A DNA stretch of 64,000 nt, from the NCBI RefSeq assembly GCF_006345805.1, contig NC_043015.1, forward strand, positions 49,042,001 to 49,106,000. Reading direction: 5' to 3'. The stretch comes from Octopus sinensis (Eukaryota). Made by a program: the position numbers and the translations under genes. The notes under the pieces were generated by a model, which worked only from the letters and a program-made list of their open reading frames with translations, did no database searches and was not told the origin of the DNA. Shown piece after piece: positions 49,501 to 62,684 of the stretch (position 1 is its first letter; each line of letters opens with the position of its first letter).

Positions 49501-52500
49501 CAGGGTTGGACAGCTTGACAGGAGCTGGCAAGGCCAGGGGCCCATACCAGGTTCCATAGTTTGTTTTGCCTTGGTTCCTACAGCTGGATGTCCTTGCTGA
49601 CGCCAACCACTTTACGGAGTGTACTGGTGCTTTTTACATGGCACCAGCACCAGTGCTTTTATGCATGGCACCAGCATCCACACCAATGTTTTTTTCATGA
49701 GATCTTAATTTTAGGATCTCATAGGTCAATATAATTTTTTTTTCTTATCCTTGAGCCCTAGAATTCATATGGTCAGGTACGCAATTTCCAGGACATATAA
49801 GTACCTAAGATCTCTACTTTCTCTTGAATGAGATGCCTGTCTGTTGCAGGGTACAAAGCAAGTAATCATTTGCGGAGATGGGATACGTTGACTATGATGA
49901 ACCCATTACTTAACTGGTACTTTAACCCTTTCGATACCAAACCAGCTGAAAGTGCCTCTGGTTCTTGATGCCTTGTTTCCATAAGTTCTGAATTAAAATC
50001 TTCCACCAAACCGTAGTCACAATTTATGTTCCTAACACAAGTTTAATGGTAACTAAGTTTTTTTTACTAAATTCTTTGATATATCTAAAATTAATTGAAG
50101 GAAACCCAGAGCATCATAACAGAAATATGGGAACAAAATGGTTAATTTTATCAATCTCAAAGAGAGGAAAGGCAAAGTTGACCTTGATAAGATTTGATTT
50201 CAGAATGTAAAGAACTGAAAGAAATGTTGCTATGCATTTTGTCGGCCTCACTAACAAGGCTGCCAACCCACAGCCAATAGAAAATAAATACACAAACTGT
50301 AAAAGAATCAAAAATGGACTGGTTTAACCAAACAGGATGTATGAGATCATCTCAAGGAAACAATCAGAGATTTTTGCCAAGAAATGTTAATAAATATGTC
50401 AACTTTGGTAAACAAAAAAAAAATTCTATTCTCAAAGCAGTTGGATGAGGTGGCAGATTAGTCATGAATTTCAAGCTAATATCACTGAAAAAAAACTAAA
50501 TTTTATAGAATTCAAAATTTCTAGTAGTGAACTGAAATGAAAGTTCTTATGGTATTGCTTTACTGAAAACAGAGGACATGCGAAGGCTAGAAAGGAATGA
50601 AGCAAGTATACTCCACTGGATGTGCAATGTAAGCGTGCATATATGACAGGGTGCTAATGTATGGAGAGAAAAATTAGGGATAAGAGGAATCAGGGGTAAT
50701 GTGCAAGAAGGAAGAAGGCTGCACTGGTTTGGACATGTGATGCATATGGATGAGAACAGTTGTTTAAAGAAGTGCTGCATACTGAAAATGGATGGAACTT
50801 GTGGAAGGAGACACAGGAAGACATTGGATGAAGTAGAGAAGGCAGATCACAAGATGCTGAGCCTCATGGAGGAGATGACAAAGGACCAAGATGATTAGCA
50901 ATCTGCTGTGCTCAAGATGACCCGTACATCAGCAAACACAAGGTCCTAAAAAAGATTCTGGCTATGCTTTTATGTGCGGGACCCTATCCTTACATTCATC
51001 CTGCCCTGCCGTCAAACATTCACCAAATTTCATTTCCCAACCCTTTCCAACACGTATCCCCTAACTTTCTGCACTACCAGTTAATGCTCCCCCTACGTTC
51101 ACCTTTGTGCCCTTGGGTTGTCTCCCCATCACCTCTACCATTCTTCATCTTAACACCTTTCATACCTGTTGTCATTTCCAGAGCCCATCTCATGTCTGCA
51201 ACACGTCTTCCATTCCTTTGCTCCAACACCTTGCTCTTAATCCCTGAGCCAATTCCATCCCTTACCTTTACTCCCCTATACTGATACTTCCTATTATGCA
51301 GCACTTCCACCCCTCTGTCACTACACTCACCTCTATCCCCATCTCTAACCACCTGTTTCTTTCACCTTCACACTTATAACCACCTCCACCCTCCTGATTC
51401 ACTGCCTGTACTCTACCTTGCATCTTGAGGGTTTGCTCTGGCACCCCATCACTACCATCTTATCTTTTTACTCATACCCACCCTTATATGATGTGGGGTA
51501 GCCATGTAACTTCACTGCAGCAAGACACCTGTGCTTGTCCCTCCATCATACTTTAACACCACCAACACTTGACATAAAGTCTCCACTTCCCTTCTCAAAC
51601 CCACCCCAGCACGCGCACACACACACACAGCTCAGGTGGATTTTTCCCTATCCCTTTTCCTTTTGTTTTGCAATTCACTCGACAATCACACTGATGCTGG
51701 TGGCAAGAAAAGAGCACCCCCATGCACTCTGTAAAGTGATTGGCATTAGGAAGGGCATCCAACCATAGAAACCATGCCAAAGCCGACATTGGAGCATGGC
51801 ACAGCCGTGTAGTTTGCTGGATCCTTGTAATCTTCCAACCCATTCCAGCATGGAAAACAGACATTAATTGATGATGATGAATGGGTTAAATGCTAGGCAC
51901 AGGAGTGGCTGTGTGGTAAGTATCTTGCTTACCAACCACATGGTTCCGGGTTCAGTTCCATTGCGTGTCACCTTGAGCAAGTGTCTTCTACTATAGCCTT
52001 GGCCCAACCAAAGCCTTGTGAGTGGATTTGGTAGACGGAAACTGAAGGAAGCCTATCGTATATATGTATATATATATATGTACATGTGTGTAGATGTTTA
52101 TGCGTCTGTGCTTGTCCCCCCAACATTGCTTGACAACCGATGCTGGTGTGTTTATGTCCCCGTAACTTAGCGGTTCGGCAAAAGAGACCGATAGAATAAG
52201 TACTAGGCTTACAAAGAATAAGTCCTAGGGTTGATTCATTTGACTAAAGGCGGTGCTCCAGCATGGCCGCAGTCAAATGACTGAAACAAGTAAAAGAGAC
52301 AAGGAAGGAATCATTAATCCTATGGCAGTTTTAAAACTACCGTCGTAAACTCCCAAACAGTAAAATTATATTTTTCACTAGCAATACTATATACAACATT
52401 ATATGTAACAAGCTATCCAACATTATATGTAACAAGCTGTATTTTGTATTTAGCAAAGAATATTTAGAAAAAGTATTTCAAATGTTTAAATGGCATCCAG

Positions 52501-52898
52501 TTCTGCTTTTTTTTTGTGTTTTGTTGGGGTTTTTTTTGTCATCTGGAATTTAAGAACTCTGCATAATTAAGAATTTTTCGCTACACAATGTTCCAAGATA
52601 TACACCTTGATAATATTTTTACTTTATTACAGAATATCCAGTTTAAAATTTCACTTTTTAATGAAGCACACAAAACAAAAACAAAATAAAAAGAGACGCC
52701 CAGATAAAGCAAGATTTAATTATCTTGACATCTAAAGGATCATATGCCATTGTTGTCATCTCTGCAGGAATTGGTACCAAATCAAAGCCATCTGCTGATT
52801 TCAGGCCATGGGTTGTCAGAAGACATCCTCTTTTTCAGTTCTATATTTAAGAGATGTACATTATTTACATTTGACAGATATTTGTCTTCATCTTATTT

Positions 52899-52944
52899 AT
52901 CACAATGTTTCAGCTGATATACCCTCCAGTCTTCATCAGGTGTC
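52899..52944 (-). ncRNA. Degenerate hammerhead motif (SINE-HHR family)
   Basis: GACAC CUGAUGA A GACUG...CAGCU GAAA CA U U GUGAU; stem III palindrome broken (ACAU), with mismatches in stems I and II. Confidence 0.65.
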
Positions 52945-53034
52945 TTGGGGAAATTTCGAACCTGGGTTCTCGTTCCTAAGATATTTTTTGATGTTATTAT
53001 TATTATTATTCAGGTCACTGCCTGGAATCGAACT

Positions 53035-53276
53035 CGTGGGCATATGGCATAGTGGTTAAGAGCACGGGCTACTAACCCCAAGATTCCGAGTTCAATTCCA
53101 GGCAGTGACCTGAATAATAATAATAATAACATCAAAAAATACCTTAGGAATGAGAACCCAGGTTCGAAATTTCCCCAAGACACCTGATGAAGGCTGGAGG
53201 GTATATCAGCCGAAACGTTGTGTTAAAAACAAACAAGATGAGGACAAATATCCGTCGAATGTAAATAATGTAAGTA
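53035..53276 (+). mobile_element. tRNA-headed SINE with a hammerhead ribozyme in its tail (best copy)
   Basis: A box TGGCATAGTGG 53045-53055, B box GAGTTCAATTCC 53088-53099, (AAT)n linker, then the HHR at 53179-53224. Other copies: 14233-14515(-), 30930-31085(+, headless), 52838-53034(-, 5'-truncated). Confidence 0.85.
53179..53224 (+). ncRNA. Type I minimal hammerhead ribozyme motif, intact core
   Basis: GACAC CUGAUGA A GGCUG gagggtatat CAGCC GAAA CG U U GUGUU: stem I GACAC/GUGUU, stem II GGCUG/CAGCC, palindromic ACGU stem III, one extra A after A9. Confidence 0.85.
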
Positions 53277-54290
53277 ATCCTCTTTTTCATTCAACGGTTA
53301 TGAATTTTACATCTTTTTTCTGTTACTTCTTTCATTGTTGCTCCCCACAAAAACCCAATCATCTACGCATGCAGCTGTTCAAAAGAATTTTTTTCCAGTT
53401 ACTATTAATGTTCTGGTAACTTTTGGTGATCATCTGACAGTAGTTCCTTTGTGTCCAATGAGCATGAGGAAGAGTGGTGCACCCTCACATGGCTACGTAC
53501 ACCAACCTTTGACACTACTGGGCTTTTCCTCCTGCTTGCACTTAGCATTAGTTTTAAAGGGTCATCCATGCAATCCAAACCTTGTTGGACATCTGACTAC
53601 AATAGCTCAATAGGCTAAGATGGCCGCAGTGATAAACGAGCTTAGCTTGACATTGGGGTGGCCTTGTCCTAGATAGCCTTGACATTGGAGTGGCCTTACA
53701 AGGATGGAGAGCTACCCAGGAGTTGTTGGAAAGGTATCAAAGGGAGCACCAGATTGCCAGAGAGACTCCATTCCCTGTTTTATTGTCAAGGTTGACTCCC
53801 CAAGCCTTTTCCTTTCTCAGGGCACCCAAAAGAAAATAAGGGTTTGAACTTAAAGTTTCTTCCATTAAATGCTAATTAACCTATAGTCAGGGATCCTAAT
53901 GGTTGACACTTCTCAGGTCACAGTAAACCTGGGAGCAGCAGAGGCTGGAAGGTGGTTCCACATTCCTCAAAATCACGGAACTCCTAAACCAGGGTCCCCG
54001 TACCAGATGCAGTTTAATCCTTCAGCATCCAGATTACTCTGCCAAACAAAGCTTATTTAATCAAATTGTCTTAAATTAATCAGGCATTATCTTGTAGTTT
54101 CAAGATTTTGATGATGTGATTGTTGATTTTTAGAACAACTTTATAGGGGAGGTGTGAGAGGCAGGATCTAGGTGGCTTGAACATTAAACAGGTAGAATAT
54201 TTTGACTGGTTATGGTCAGTTTAAATGCTAAAGGGTTAAAGTCATACCTAGGACTAGTAATCAACTATTCAACACAGAAAAATCTTAGTA

Positions 54291-54856
54291 TTGGGTTGCC
54301 TGGAAAGTTTGTGCTGATTTATAGTAGCTTACCTTTCGACTTATTTTAGAACATGGTTGAGTCCATAAAATAGGATTTGACTACACCTCCATTTAGAGCA
54401 CAGTTTAAGCTATCTTTTAGTGGAAGAAAGTTTATGTTCCTATAACCCGTGTTAATTCTGTAACCCTTTAAAATGGCAGATAAGAAAGTTCATTTTCGGC
54501 ACTTGATGCTTTGGAAACCAGACAAAAATTGCTGCAGCTCGGCTGAGATGTATTACCCCACCCTCCATATTCACCAGATATTGCTCCTTCGGATTTCCAC
54601 TTATTCAGGTCCCTGCAGAATAGTCTTAATGGTAAAAATTTCAATTCCTTGGATGACATAAAAAAATACCTTGATGAATTCTTTGCCATGAAACCACCTC
54701 AATTCTGGGAAGAGGGTATTTTCAAGTTAAAGGAAAGATGGAGACGCATTGTGCAACAAAACGGTTCATATTTGGTTGATTAAAAATGTAATGGCAAGTA
54801 TTTATTGACCTTTTTCTTTCCATTAAAAATCGGCATGAACTTTCCAGACAACCCAA
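54291..54856 (+). mobile_element. Internally deleted mariner transposon (non-autonomous)
   Basis: About 30-bp TIRs (TTGGGTTG[CC/TC]TGGAAAGTT...GATTT) flanked by TA. Transposase N-terminus MADKKVHFRHLMLW is fused to C-terminal TRQKLLQLG*DVLPHPPYSPDIAPSDFHLFRSLQNSL...NGSYLVD*. Confidence 0.93.
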
Positions 54857-57456
54857 TATATATTTGTTTACATTTGTCTTTCATGTCAAATGTACAATAA
54901 TCTTCTCAATAGACAACCAGTGGACCAAGATTAGAACTTATTCAACTAAGGTTTTAATGTTTGTTCTCTGTGAAAGACACAGACATGATGATGCAAGTAA
55001 ACTAAGAACACAGCAAATGGCAAGATTTTGCGAAAACAGTTGGCCTTAATTACTGGTAACCATGGAAATTATCAAAGCGAAATACTTTTTACCAAATATT
55101 TCGGTTGATCACCAGTGTCATCATAATCATTAAAACATGTCACGGGGGTGGACAGCTTTGCTGTGATGCATATTGTAACTCATCTTATTTTTTAAAATTT
55201 TATGGAACATACAATGGATCGTCATCATCACCATTGAACATCTGTTTTCCCATACTGGCATGGGTTGGACGAGTTTGACTGGAGTTGGTAAGGCCAGGGG
55301 CCACACCAAGCTCTGTAGTTTATTCTGGCATGGTTTCTGTAGCTGGATGCCTTTCCTGATGCCAACCACTCCACAGAATGTACTGGGTGCTTTTAACATG
55401 GCACCAGCACCAGTGCTTTTAATGTGGTACCAGCACCAGTGTTTTTTATGTGGCATCAACCCCGGTATCAATTCTGCTGTGGCAGACTATACATATAATC
55501 TCTATATATATAAAACTGAGAATGTGTGTCTGTCTGTGTCTGTGTGTTTCCTTAAAACTTGAGAACTACTAAACCAATTTCATTCAAATTTTACACATGC
55601 CTTACTTAAGGTCGGGGGAGTGTCATCAGCAAAAAAATTTTAACTTTTTCCCTAGGGCGACCCCACAGCAATATCATATCTTCTCCACTATTTCAGTATT
55701 ACGTGTTAAAAGTGAAACAAAAATATCTCTATATTGTAATGCAGACACTTTCACTTTAATACTGAAACTATTAAAATGAAAGTATTATATAACAGGGATA
55801 ACAGTGGTCATCCATTTTGCTAGAAGATCCGCTATGGTCTTATATGCAACACCACTGGTTTTCAATTCATATTAATCAAATCAATATTCAATTTTTCACC
55901 CTTATTATGTGTGTGTGTTTTAGCAATTCGTATAAAATTGCATCAATGACTTGAACTTGAATAAGTGGTTTCACATAAATGGGGATAAATTAAAAAGGTT
56001 TGTTGTTGTTATTATTACTGTTTGACTATTGTAATCACATTTGTTGGTTCCTCGTCAGGGAAACGTTGTTGTGTTGCATTTGTTAAATAATTGTAAACCG
56101 TAACCCTCCCCCTTTCGGAGAAGGGGCTTTGGTTATTGTTTAAAAATTGAATTGTGTCCCTGTTTGGGGAAATTGACAATATTTTCACTGTCTTTACAGA
56201 AGCATTTTTGTTAAAATGCCTTCGATAGAAGAAAGTCCAAAAATGAATTTCGCTGCAGCCGTACACTTCTATACAAGAGGGAGGACAAGATCCAATTGAT
56301 CGAAATTGCAAGAGATGGGCCTACAATTCCAGTCTGTTATGAGATATGCTGTGACTGAGAAGACTTGGCAAATAAAGTGAGTTCACAGCTGTAACCTACG
56401 CCAGTGTCACATAACCAGCTCACTCAAAAGTACCTTGGATCGTAGGACATGCCGTGCTTGAGGAGACCTACTGAGTCAAGTACATCAAAATCACATGGAA
56501 ATTGCAGTTGTGATTCCTGTGCCAGTGGCACGTAAAAAGCATCATCTGAACGTGGCTGATGCCAGTGCTGCCTTGGCTGGCTTCTGTGCTGGTGGCATGT
56601 AAAAAGCACCAACCGGTCATGGTCGTTGCCAGCCCCCTCTGCCCCTGTACCAGTGGCACATAAAAAGCACCCACTACACTCTCAGAGTGGTTGGCGCTAG
56701 GAAGGGTATCCAGTTGTAGAAATACTGCCAGATCAGATTGGAGCCTGGTGTAGCCTCCTGGCTTCCCAGACCCCAGTCGAACTGTCCAACCCATGCTAGC
56801 ATGGAAAACTGACATTAAACAATGATGATGATGATGAAATAAATATATATAAATATATATACACACATACATACACATACATACATATAGTCAAGGACAC
56901 ATACTAACTGGCTCTGAAGGGGCAGTGACAAGACCTCCAAGAGTGACTGGAGATAAAGATTAATTGGGTGATATTAGTGTAATTAATGTTTAATTAGTTA
57001 CAAATTAGAGAAGTGGGTATATGGACAGGAAACAATAAAGCTGCAGTTCTGAATGTGAAGAAATTAAGAAATCATTTTGTACAAAGCCTTGGGTATGAAG
57101 CAGTGGAATGGTGAAATTCTTGATAAGGAATGACCATTCAGTTGTTTGACCAACTGAATTCCTAATAATGAAATGAACTTATATAAGTGGCCGAATATTC
57201 CACAGACATGTGGACTTCTTAATGCAAATCTGAGGCTGAATCAAAGTGGCAAAATGTTTCAAAGATGATCCAATGAATTATAAGAATAATCCTGAGAAAA
57301 AGAGAGAAAAAAGATTTGACTCCTGGACTGATACCCCAAGAGGATAAAAAGTGAAGTTGACCCTAGCAGAATCTGAGCTTACAGTGCAGAGAACTAGCAT
57401 GAATGCCATAAGACATGACACCACACACTCCTTGCCATTTGCTATCCCATCCTTAA

Positions 57457-57677
57457 CCCTTTCGTTACCAAACTGGCTGTAACCGGCTCTGGCTCTGTAA
57501 TACAAATGTCTTGTTTACATAAGTTTTCAAATAAATTCTTCCACCAAACCTTAGTCACAATTTATGTTCTTAACTCTAGCTTAATGATAACTAAGTTATT
57601 TTACTAAATTCTTTGTTATATTTAAAATAATTGAAAGAAACACAGAGCATCTCAACAGAAATATGGTAACGAAAGGG
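57457..57677. mobile_element. piggyBac-type MITE family 1 (TTAA CCCTTTCGTTACC...GGTAACGAAAGGG TTAA)
   Basis: TTAA target duplication and CCC/GGG ends. Copies at 20176-20397, 20429-20635, 58839-59060, about 49925-50140, and a divergent one near 19080-19460. Confidence 0.85.
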
Positions 57678-59271
57678 TTAATAGAATGACATGGGTGAAG
57701 GTTAGAGCACAGGAGATCTTCAGTTAGACCAGAGACCATTGTAAAAGAGACAAATAATGGATGCAGCACATTGGTAAAGCAACAGAACTGAAGATTAGTT
57801 TGTCACAAATGGCTTTATTAGGAAATAGTTCAGAATTGGCGTGCTGTGCCAGAGACATGTCAGTAATCTAAGATAGATTCAAGTAGTTATTTTTTATTTG
57901 TTACATATATATATATATTATATATATTGTGATGGGCTTCTTTCAGTTTCTCTCTACCAAATCCATTCACAACGCTTTGATCGACTTAGGGCTTTAATTG
58001 AAGATACTTGTGTAAGATGCTACAGAATGGAAATTAACCCAAGACTACAGGAATTTATTTTTTTACTTTTATTCAGAATATCTTCAATTGCAATAGCAAT
58101 GAGAGAATATCAGTTAACATGGCAACATATTTCAACTTTTACCAAAAGAATACATTTCCATTTTTGGTTTTCATGATTTTCTTTCAACCCAAGGTCAGCC
58201 CAGATTGAGAAGACCCAAGATCAAAATCATTCCAGCTGTGTCCATCCCCTCAGTTATTTCAGACACTGTAAGCCCAGGACTACATTATCCAATGTGTCCC
58301 GCCTTCTTCAAGGCATTGAAGTGTGTGATTTGAAAGAGAATTAGCTGCTATTTCTAACTGGTCAACCAACCACATAAGTTTTATTAGATGTTTTTTCCAG
58401 TTTATTTACATAAATGGTGGTGGTGGTGGCGGGTATGTATAAGTTGATTATGACCTCACAAGTTTGACATCAAATCAAAGATCGCTGAGTTTGTGTCAAA
58501 TGAAAGCAGGCTAGTTCAGTTAAGGGGTTTGTTTTAAATTTTGGGCAAGCTAGCTCATTATGCTATATATTGAATGCTAAAGCAAAAAATCTCACCGTTC
58601 ATCATGTTTATGGCTCAGTCATACAAACAGAAATATAAATTTACTTTGTCCAGCAATCATTTCTTCTAAGACTTAACAAATTTCAGTGCTACTTTAGTGT
58701 GCAGTCTACCAGGCCATTTAAACTTTATGTGCAGTCTAACCTTAAAACTCTAACCCTAATCCATAAAATGTCATTTCACGGATTAGACCATGGTTAATGC
58801 AGTAAACCATATCCTTAAGCAGCACTCAAATTTCTTAACCCTTTTGATACCAACATGGCCAAAACCGCCTCTGGCTCTCTAGTACAAATGTCTTGTTTAC
58901 ATAAGTATTGAATTAAATTCTTCCACCAAACCTTAGTCACAATTTATGTTCCTAACACTAGCTTAATGATAACTATGTTATTTTACTAAATTCTTTGTTA
59001 TATTTAAAATTAATTGAAAGAAGCACAGAGCATCTCAAAATAAATATGGTAACGAAAGGGTTAAATAACCAAGGTAGCTGAACTATTGAAAGATACTGCT
59101 TTTACTGAGCTAATTTCACCAATATGGGGAGGGAGAAAGGGGAAAAGTTGATTCTATATAAGACAGATTCTTTAGTATGAAATTTCAAAAATAAAGTTAC
59201 AATTTAATCAACAACACAAACAACAAAATGTTTATTTCATTATGAACGAATCATGGAAAATCCAAACTTAC

Positions 59272-59374
59272 CCCGACGCCTCATGTTTCATCCCATCAAG
59301 GTTTAAGACATCACAAAATCTTCTAAAAGTCCCTGAAGTACTGTAGCAGATACTCCTCCACATCAGGTAATAAT
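59272..59374 (-). other. Candidate upstream exon (Scm 5' UTR or alternative start MRRRG)
   Basis: Strong donor CGGG|GTAAGT and acceptor tcttgaag in unique sequence. ATG AGG CGT CGG G is phase 1 and could join 38301; another frame is open across the whole exon. Confidence 0.35.
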
Positions 59375-59771
59375 CTTCAAGATGGAATCAAAAATAATAA
59401 TAATAATAATGATGATGATGATGATGATGATAATAATGGTTTCAAATTTTGGCACAGGGCCAGCAATTTTAAGGGAGGGGGATAAGTAGGTTACGTCGAC
59501 TTCAGTATCCCAGTGGTAATTATTTTATCAACCCCGATCGGATAAAGGGCAAAATCGACCTTGGCGAAATTTGAACTCAGAATGTGAAGACGGGCGAAAT
59601 GCCGCAAAGCGTTTTGCCCACCATGCTAACGATTCTGCCAGCTCTTTTCTACTATAGGCACAAGGCCTGAAATTTCGGGAGAGTGGGTAAGTCGAATACA
59701 TCGATCCCAGTCCACAACTGGTACTTATTTTATCAGGTCTCCGAAGGACGAAAGGCAAAGTCGACTTCGAC

Positions 59772-59925
59772 ACACTAGCAGCGTAACTAGAGTGTGTACG
59801 GCCCAGGGGCGGCCCTTCCGTTTGCCGCCCCTGGACCCCACAAAAAACACATATTGTCTACAGCAGACCCAAAAGTGCCGCTCGGGGGCGGACCGTCCCG
59901 ACCCCATCCCTAGCAAATGCTGATG
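59772..59925. mobile_element. GC-rich ~154-bp insertion into a family C SINE
   Basis: Flanked by a 7-bp direct repeat CTTCGAC (59765-59771 and 59926-59932); imperfect terminal inversion CAGCGTAACTAG/CTAGCAAATGCTG; internal hairpin CCAGGGGCGGC...GCCGCCCCTGG. Confidence 0.7.
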
Positions 59926-60310
59926 CTTCGACGGCATTTGAACCCAGAACATGAAGACGGACGAAATGCCGCTAAGCATTTTGCCCAGCTAACGATTCTG
60001 CCAGCTCTGTTGTAGGTCTAGAATTCCATTGCATATAAGATAGTAAAAAAGAAAAAAAAAAACATTTACAAGTTAAATGAAAGCTGCATTTTTTTAATGA
60101 AAATACTGTTACTCTTTTACTCGTTTCAGTCATTTGACTGCAGCCATGCTGGAGCACCGCCTTTTTTAGTCGAGCAAATCGACCCCAGGACTTATTCTTT
60201 TATAAGCCTAGTACTTATTCTATCGGTCTCTTTTGCCGAACCGCTAAGTAATGGGGACGTAAACACACCACCATCGGTTGTCAAGCGATGTTGGGGGGAC
60301 AAACACAGAC

Positions 60311-60341
<31 letters not shown>

Positions 60342-60358
60342 GTATGTATATATGTGTT

Positions 60359-60390
<32 letters not shown>

Positions 60391-62524
60391 CGACGGGCTT
60401 CTTTCAGTTTCTGTCTACCAAATCCACTCACAAGGCTTTGGTTGACCCGAGGCTATAGTAGAAGACACTTGCCCAAGATGCCACGCAGTGGGACTGAACC
60501 CGGACACATGTGGTTGGTAAGCAAGCTACTTACCACACAGCCACTCCTGCGCCTAAGAAAAGAAAAAAACAAAACAAAGGACAATTGTTTTTGAAAACAA
60601 GCCAGGAATTTAACCTTAGATAATAGTTCCAAAAACGTACAGCTATAATCAAAGAAATGTTATAGCAACGTAGGCGCAGACGTTGCTGCGAGGCTGAAAA
60701 GCTTGTTTCCTAACCAAGCTGCCTTGGGTTCGGTCCCACTGTGCAGTGCCTTGGACGTGTGTTTTCTTACAGCCCCGGGCCGACCAAAATCTTCTGAGTG
60801 GATTTGGAAGACGGGAAATAAAAAGCATGCGTTTATCAGTGTGTGTATGTATATGTGTGTCTTTGTGCTGTTTGCCCAACAACCGGTGTTGGTTTGTTTA
60901 AAGTTCCTGGTTTAGAAATAAATAAAAAAAAAAGGTACTGGAGTCGATATGTTCGACTAAAACGCTTCAAGGTGATGCCCCAGCATGGCCGCAGTCCAAT
61001 GAATGAAGCAAGTGAAAGATGAAAGATGAGTCTAAAATGACTAAAAGGCATTCTTCTCGATTAATCAATAACTGATAATTGGACTTTTGACTAATGGAAA
61101 AATTATTATTTTTTTTTTTTTTTTAAATGGAGCTTTTTACACATGAAGTCATAAATTAGTGAGAAAACAGTGGCTTCTTTTGTCCTTTATTTCCCCCACC
61201 CCCAAATTAAATTTCATTAAACTTGGTTTCATAAAATCAATAAAGACAAACGGAGGGGGGGGGTGGAAGTAAAAATAATACCAAAACAGCGACTTGTCGC
61301 AAAGAAAACAAGAAGCCATAGAAATGATGAGATCATCTGTTCAAAAGAAGATTTGATGAAAATGTATATAAAGCTGATTGAATTTTTGAATAGTTAATGA
61401 TGGAAGTATAGAATTAAGAAAGATGGTTAAATCATCCCGTAACTTAGCGGTTCAGCAAAAGAGACCGATAGAATAAGTACTAGGCTTGCAAAGAATAAGT
61501 CCTAGGGTCGATTTAATTCGACTAAAGGCGGTGCTCCAGCATGGCTACAGTCAAATGACTGAAACAAGTAAAAGAATAAAAGAATAAATCCCAATTAAAA
61601 ATGATCCCCACTCAACGTAAATTGCGAATACAAGTTTCTTTGGTGAAGTGAGAAAGAATCCCAGAAGAAAAACACCCAAAAGGTTTGTGTAACTCTGGGG
61701 TGTACCCTAACTTTCCAAAGTCGGTTGGGGGAAAAACTGGTTTAAGAGGAAGACCAGATGAGAAAATAATTTTAAATAATTATGATTAATAATAATAATA
61801 ATTCTTTGTAATTTTGACACAAAGCCAGCAATTTTCAGGGGAAGAGGTCAGTTGATTTATATCAACCCCAAGTATTCAACTGGTACATTATTTTATCGAC
61901 CCCGAAGAGATGAATGGCAAACCCTTAGTCATTCCAGCTGTGTCCACCCTCTCAGTTATTTCAGACACTGTGAGCCCAGGACTACATTATCCAATGTGTC
62001 CTGCCTTTTTCAAAGGCATTGATTGAAGTGTGTGATTTGAGAGAGAATTAGCTGCTATTTCTAACTGGTCAACCAACCACATAAGGTGATTTATAATAAT
62101 AGACAAAATGTTCTGATTAAATGGAAACTGTGACATTGTAAAAGATATTAGCGACGTAATGAAAGGATTATGGTTCTAAGGTAACCGAAATCTGGTCGCG
62201 AAACTGTTTCCTCGAGATAACTTCGATACAATTATGCCAACAGCACTGTAGATCATCTCAAAAGGACAAATTAAAAAAATTAAATTAATCGATAACCAAT
62301 GATTGAATGATGATAAAAGTAATTCAATAATTATGTACAATATTAATCATCATCATCATTATTATTATTATTATTCACTACTTATCTTAAGAGACCAAAC
62401 TTATCTAATATAAACCCAACGGTTCCGGGTTCAGTCCCACTGCGTGGCACCTTCGGCAAGTGTCTTCTACTATAGCCTCGGGCCGACCAAAGCCTTGTGA
62501 GTGGATTTGCTAGACGGAAACTGA

Positions 62525-62684
62525 AATCAGAGTAATTAAATGTAAATTTGTGTCTGTTAAATTTTATTTTAAAATAATATTCTAAGATTCCTGCTGGAAA
62601 TTGTAGAATTTCCAGCAGGAATCTTAGAATATGATTTTAAAATAAAATTTAACAGACACAAATTTACATTTAATTACTCTGATT
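62525..62684. repeat. Near-perfect AT-rich palindrome: 78-bp arms, 4-nt loop (GTAG)
   Basis: Arms 62525-62602 and 62607-62684; one mismatch. Confidence 0.95.

Noticed and set aside
53035-53108. tRNA-like sequences (also at 3806, 11243, 24780-24860 and others)
   Set aside because: These are SINE heads with imperfect cloverleaves, continuous with SINE bodies; not called as tRNA genes.
53307-53374. Possible minus-strand terminal exon (xACVDDWVFVGSNNERSNRKKM*) with UTR-like sequence to about 52330
   Set aside because: No recognisable homology and no phase-compatible upstream exon found; a second gene cannot be supported.
56040-56075. CUGACGA-GG on the minus strand, possible HHR
   Set aside because: No stem II partner or GAAA downstream; at most a remnant.
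61324-61377. C/D snoRNA-like boxes (ATGATGA...TTGATGA...CTGA)
   Set aside because: Only ~54 nt, no terminal stem, and antisense to the only supported host gene.
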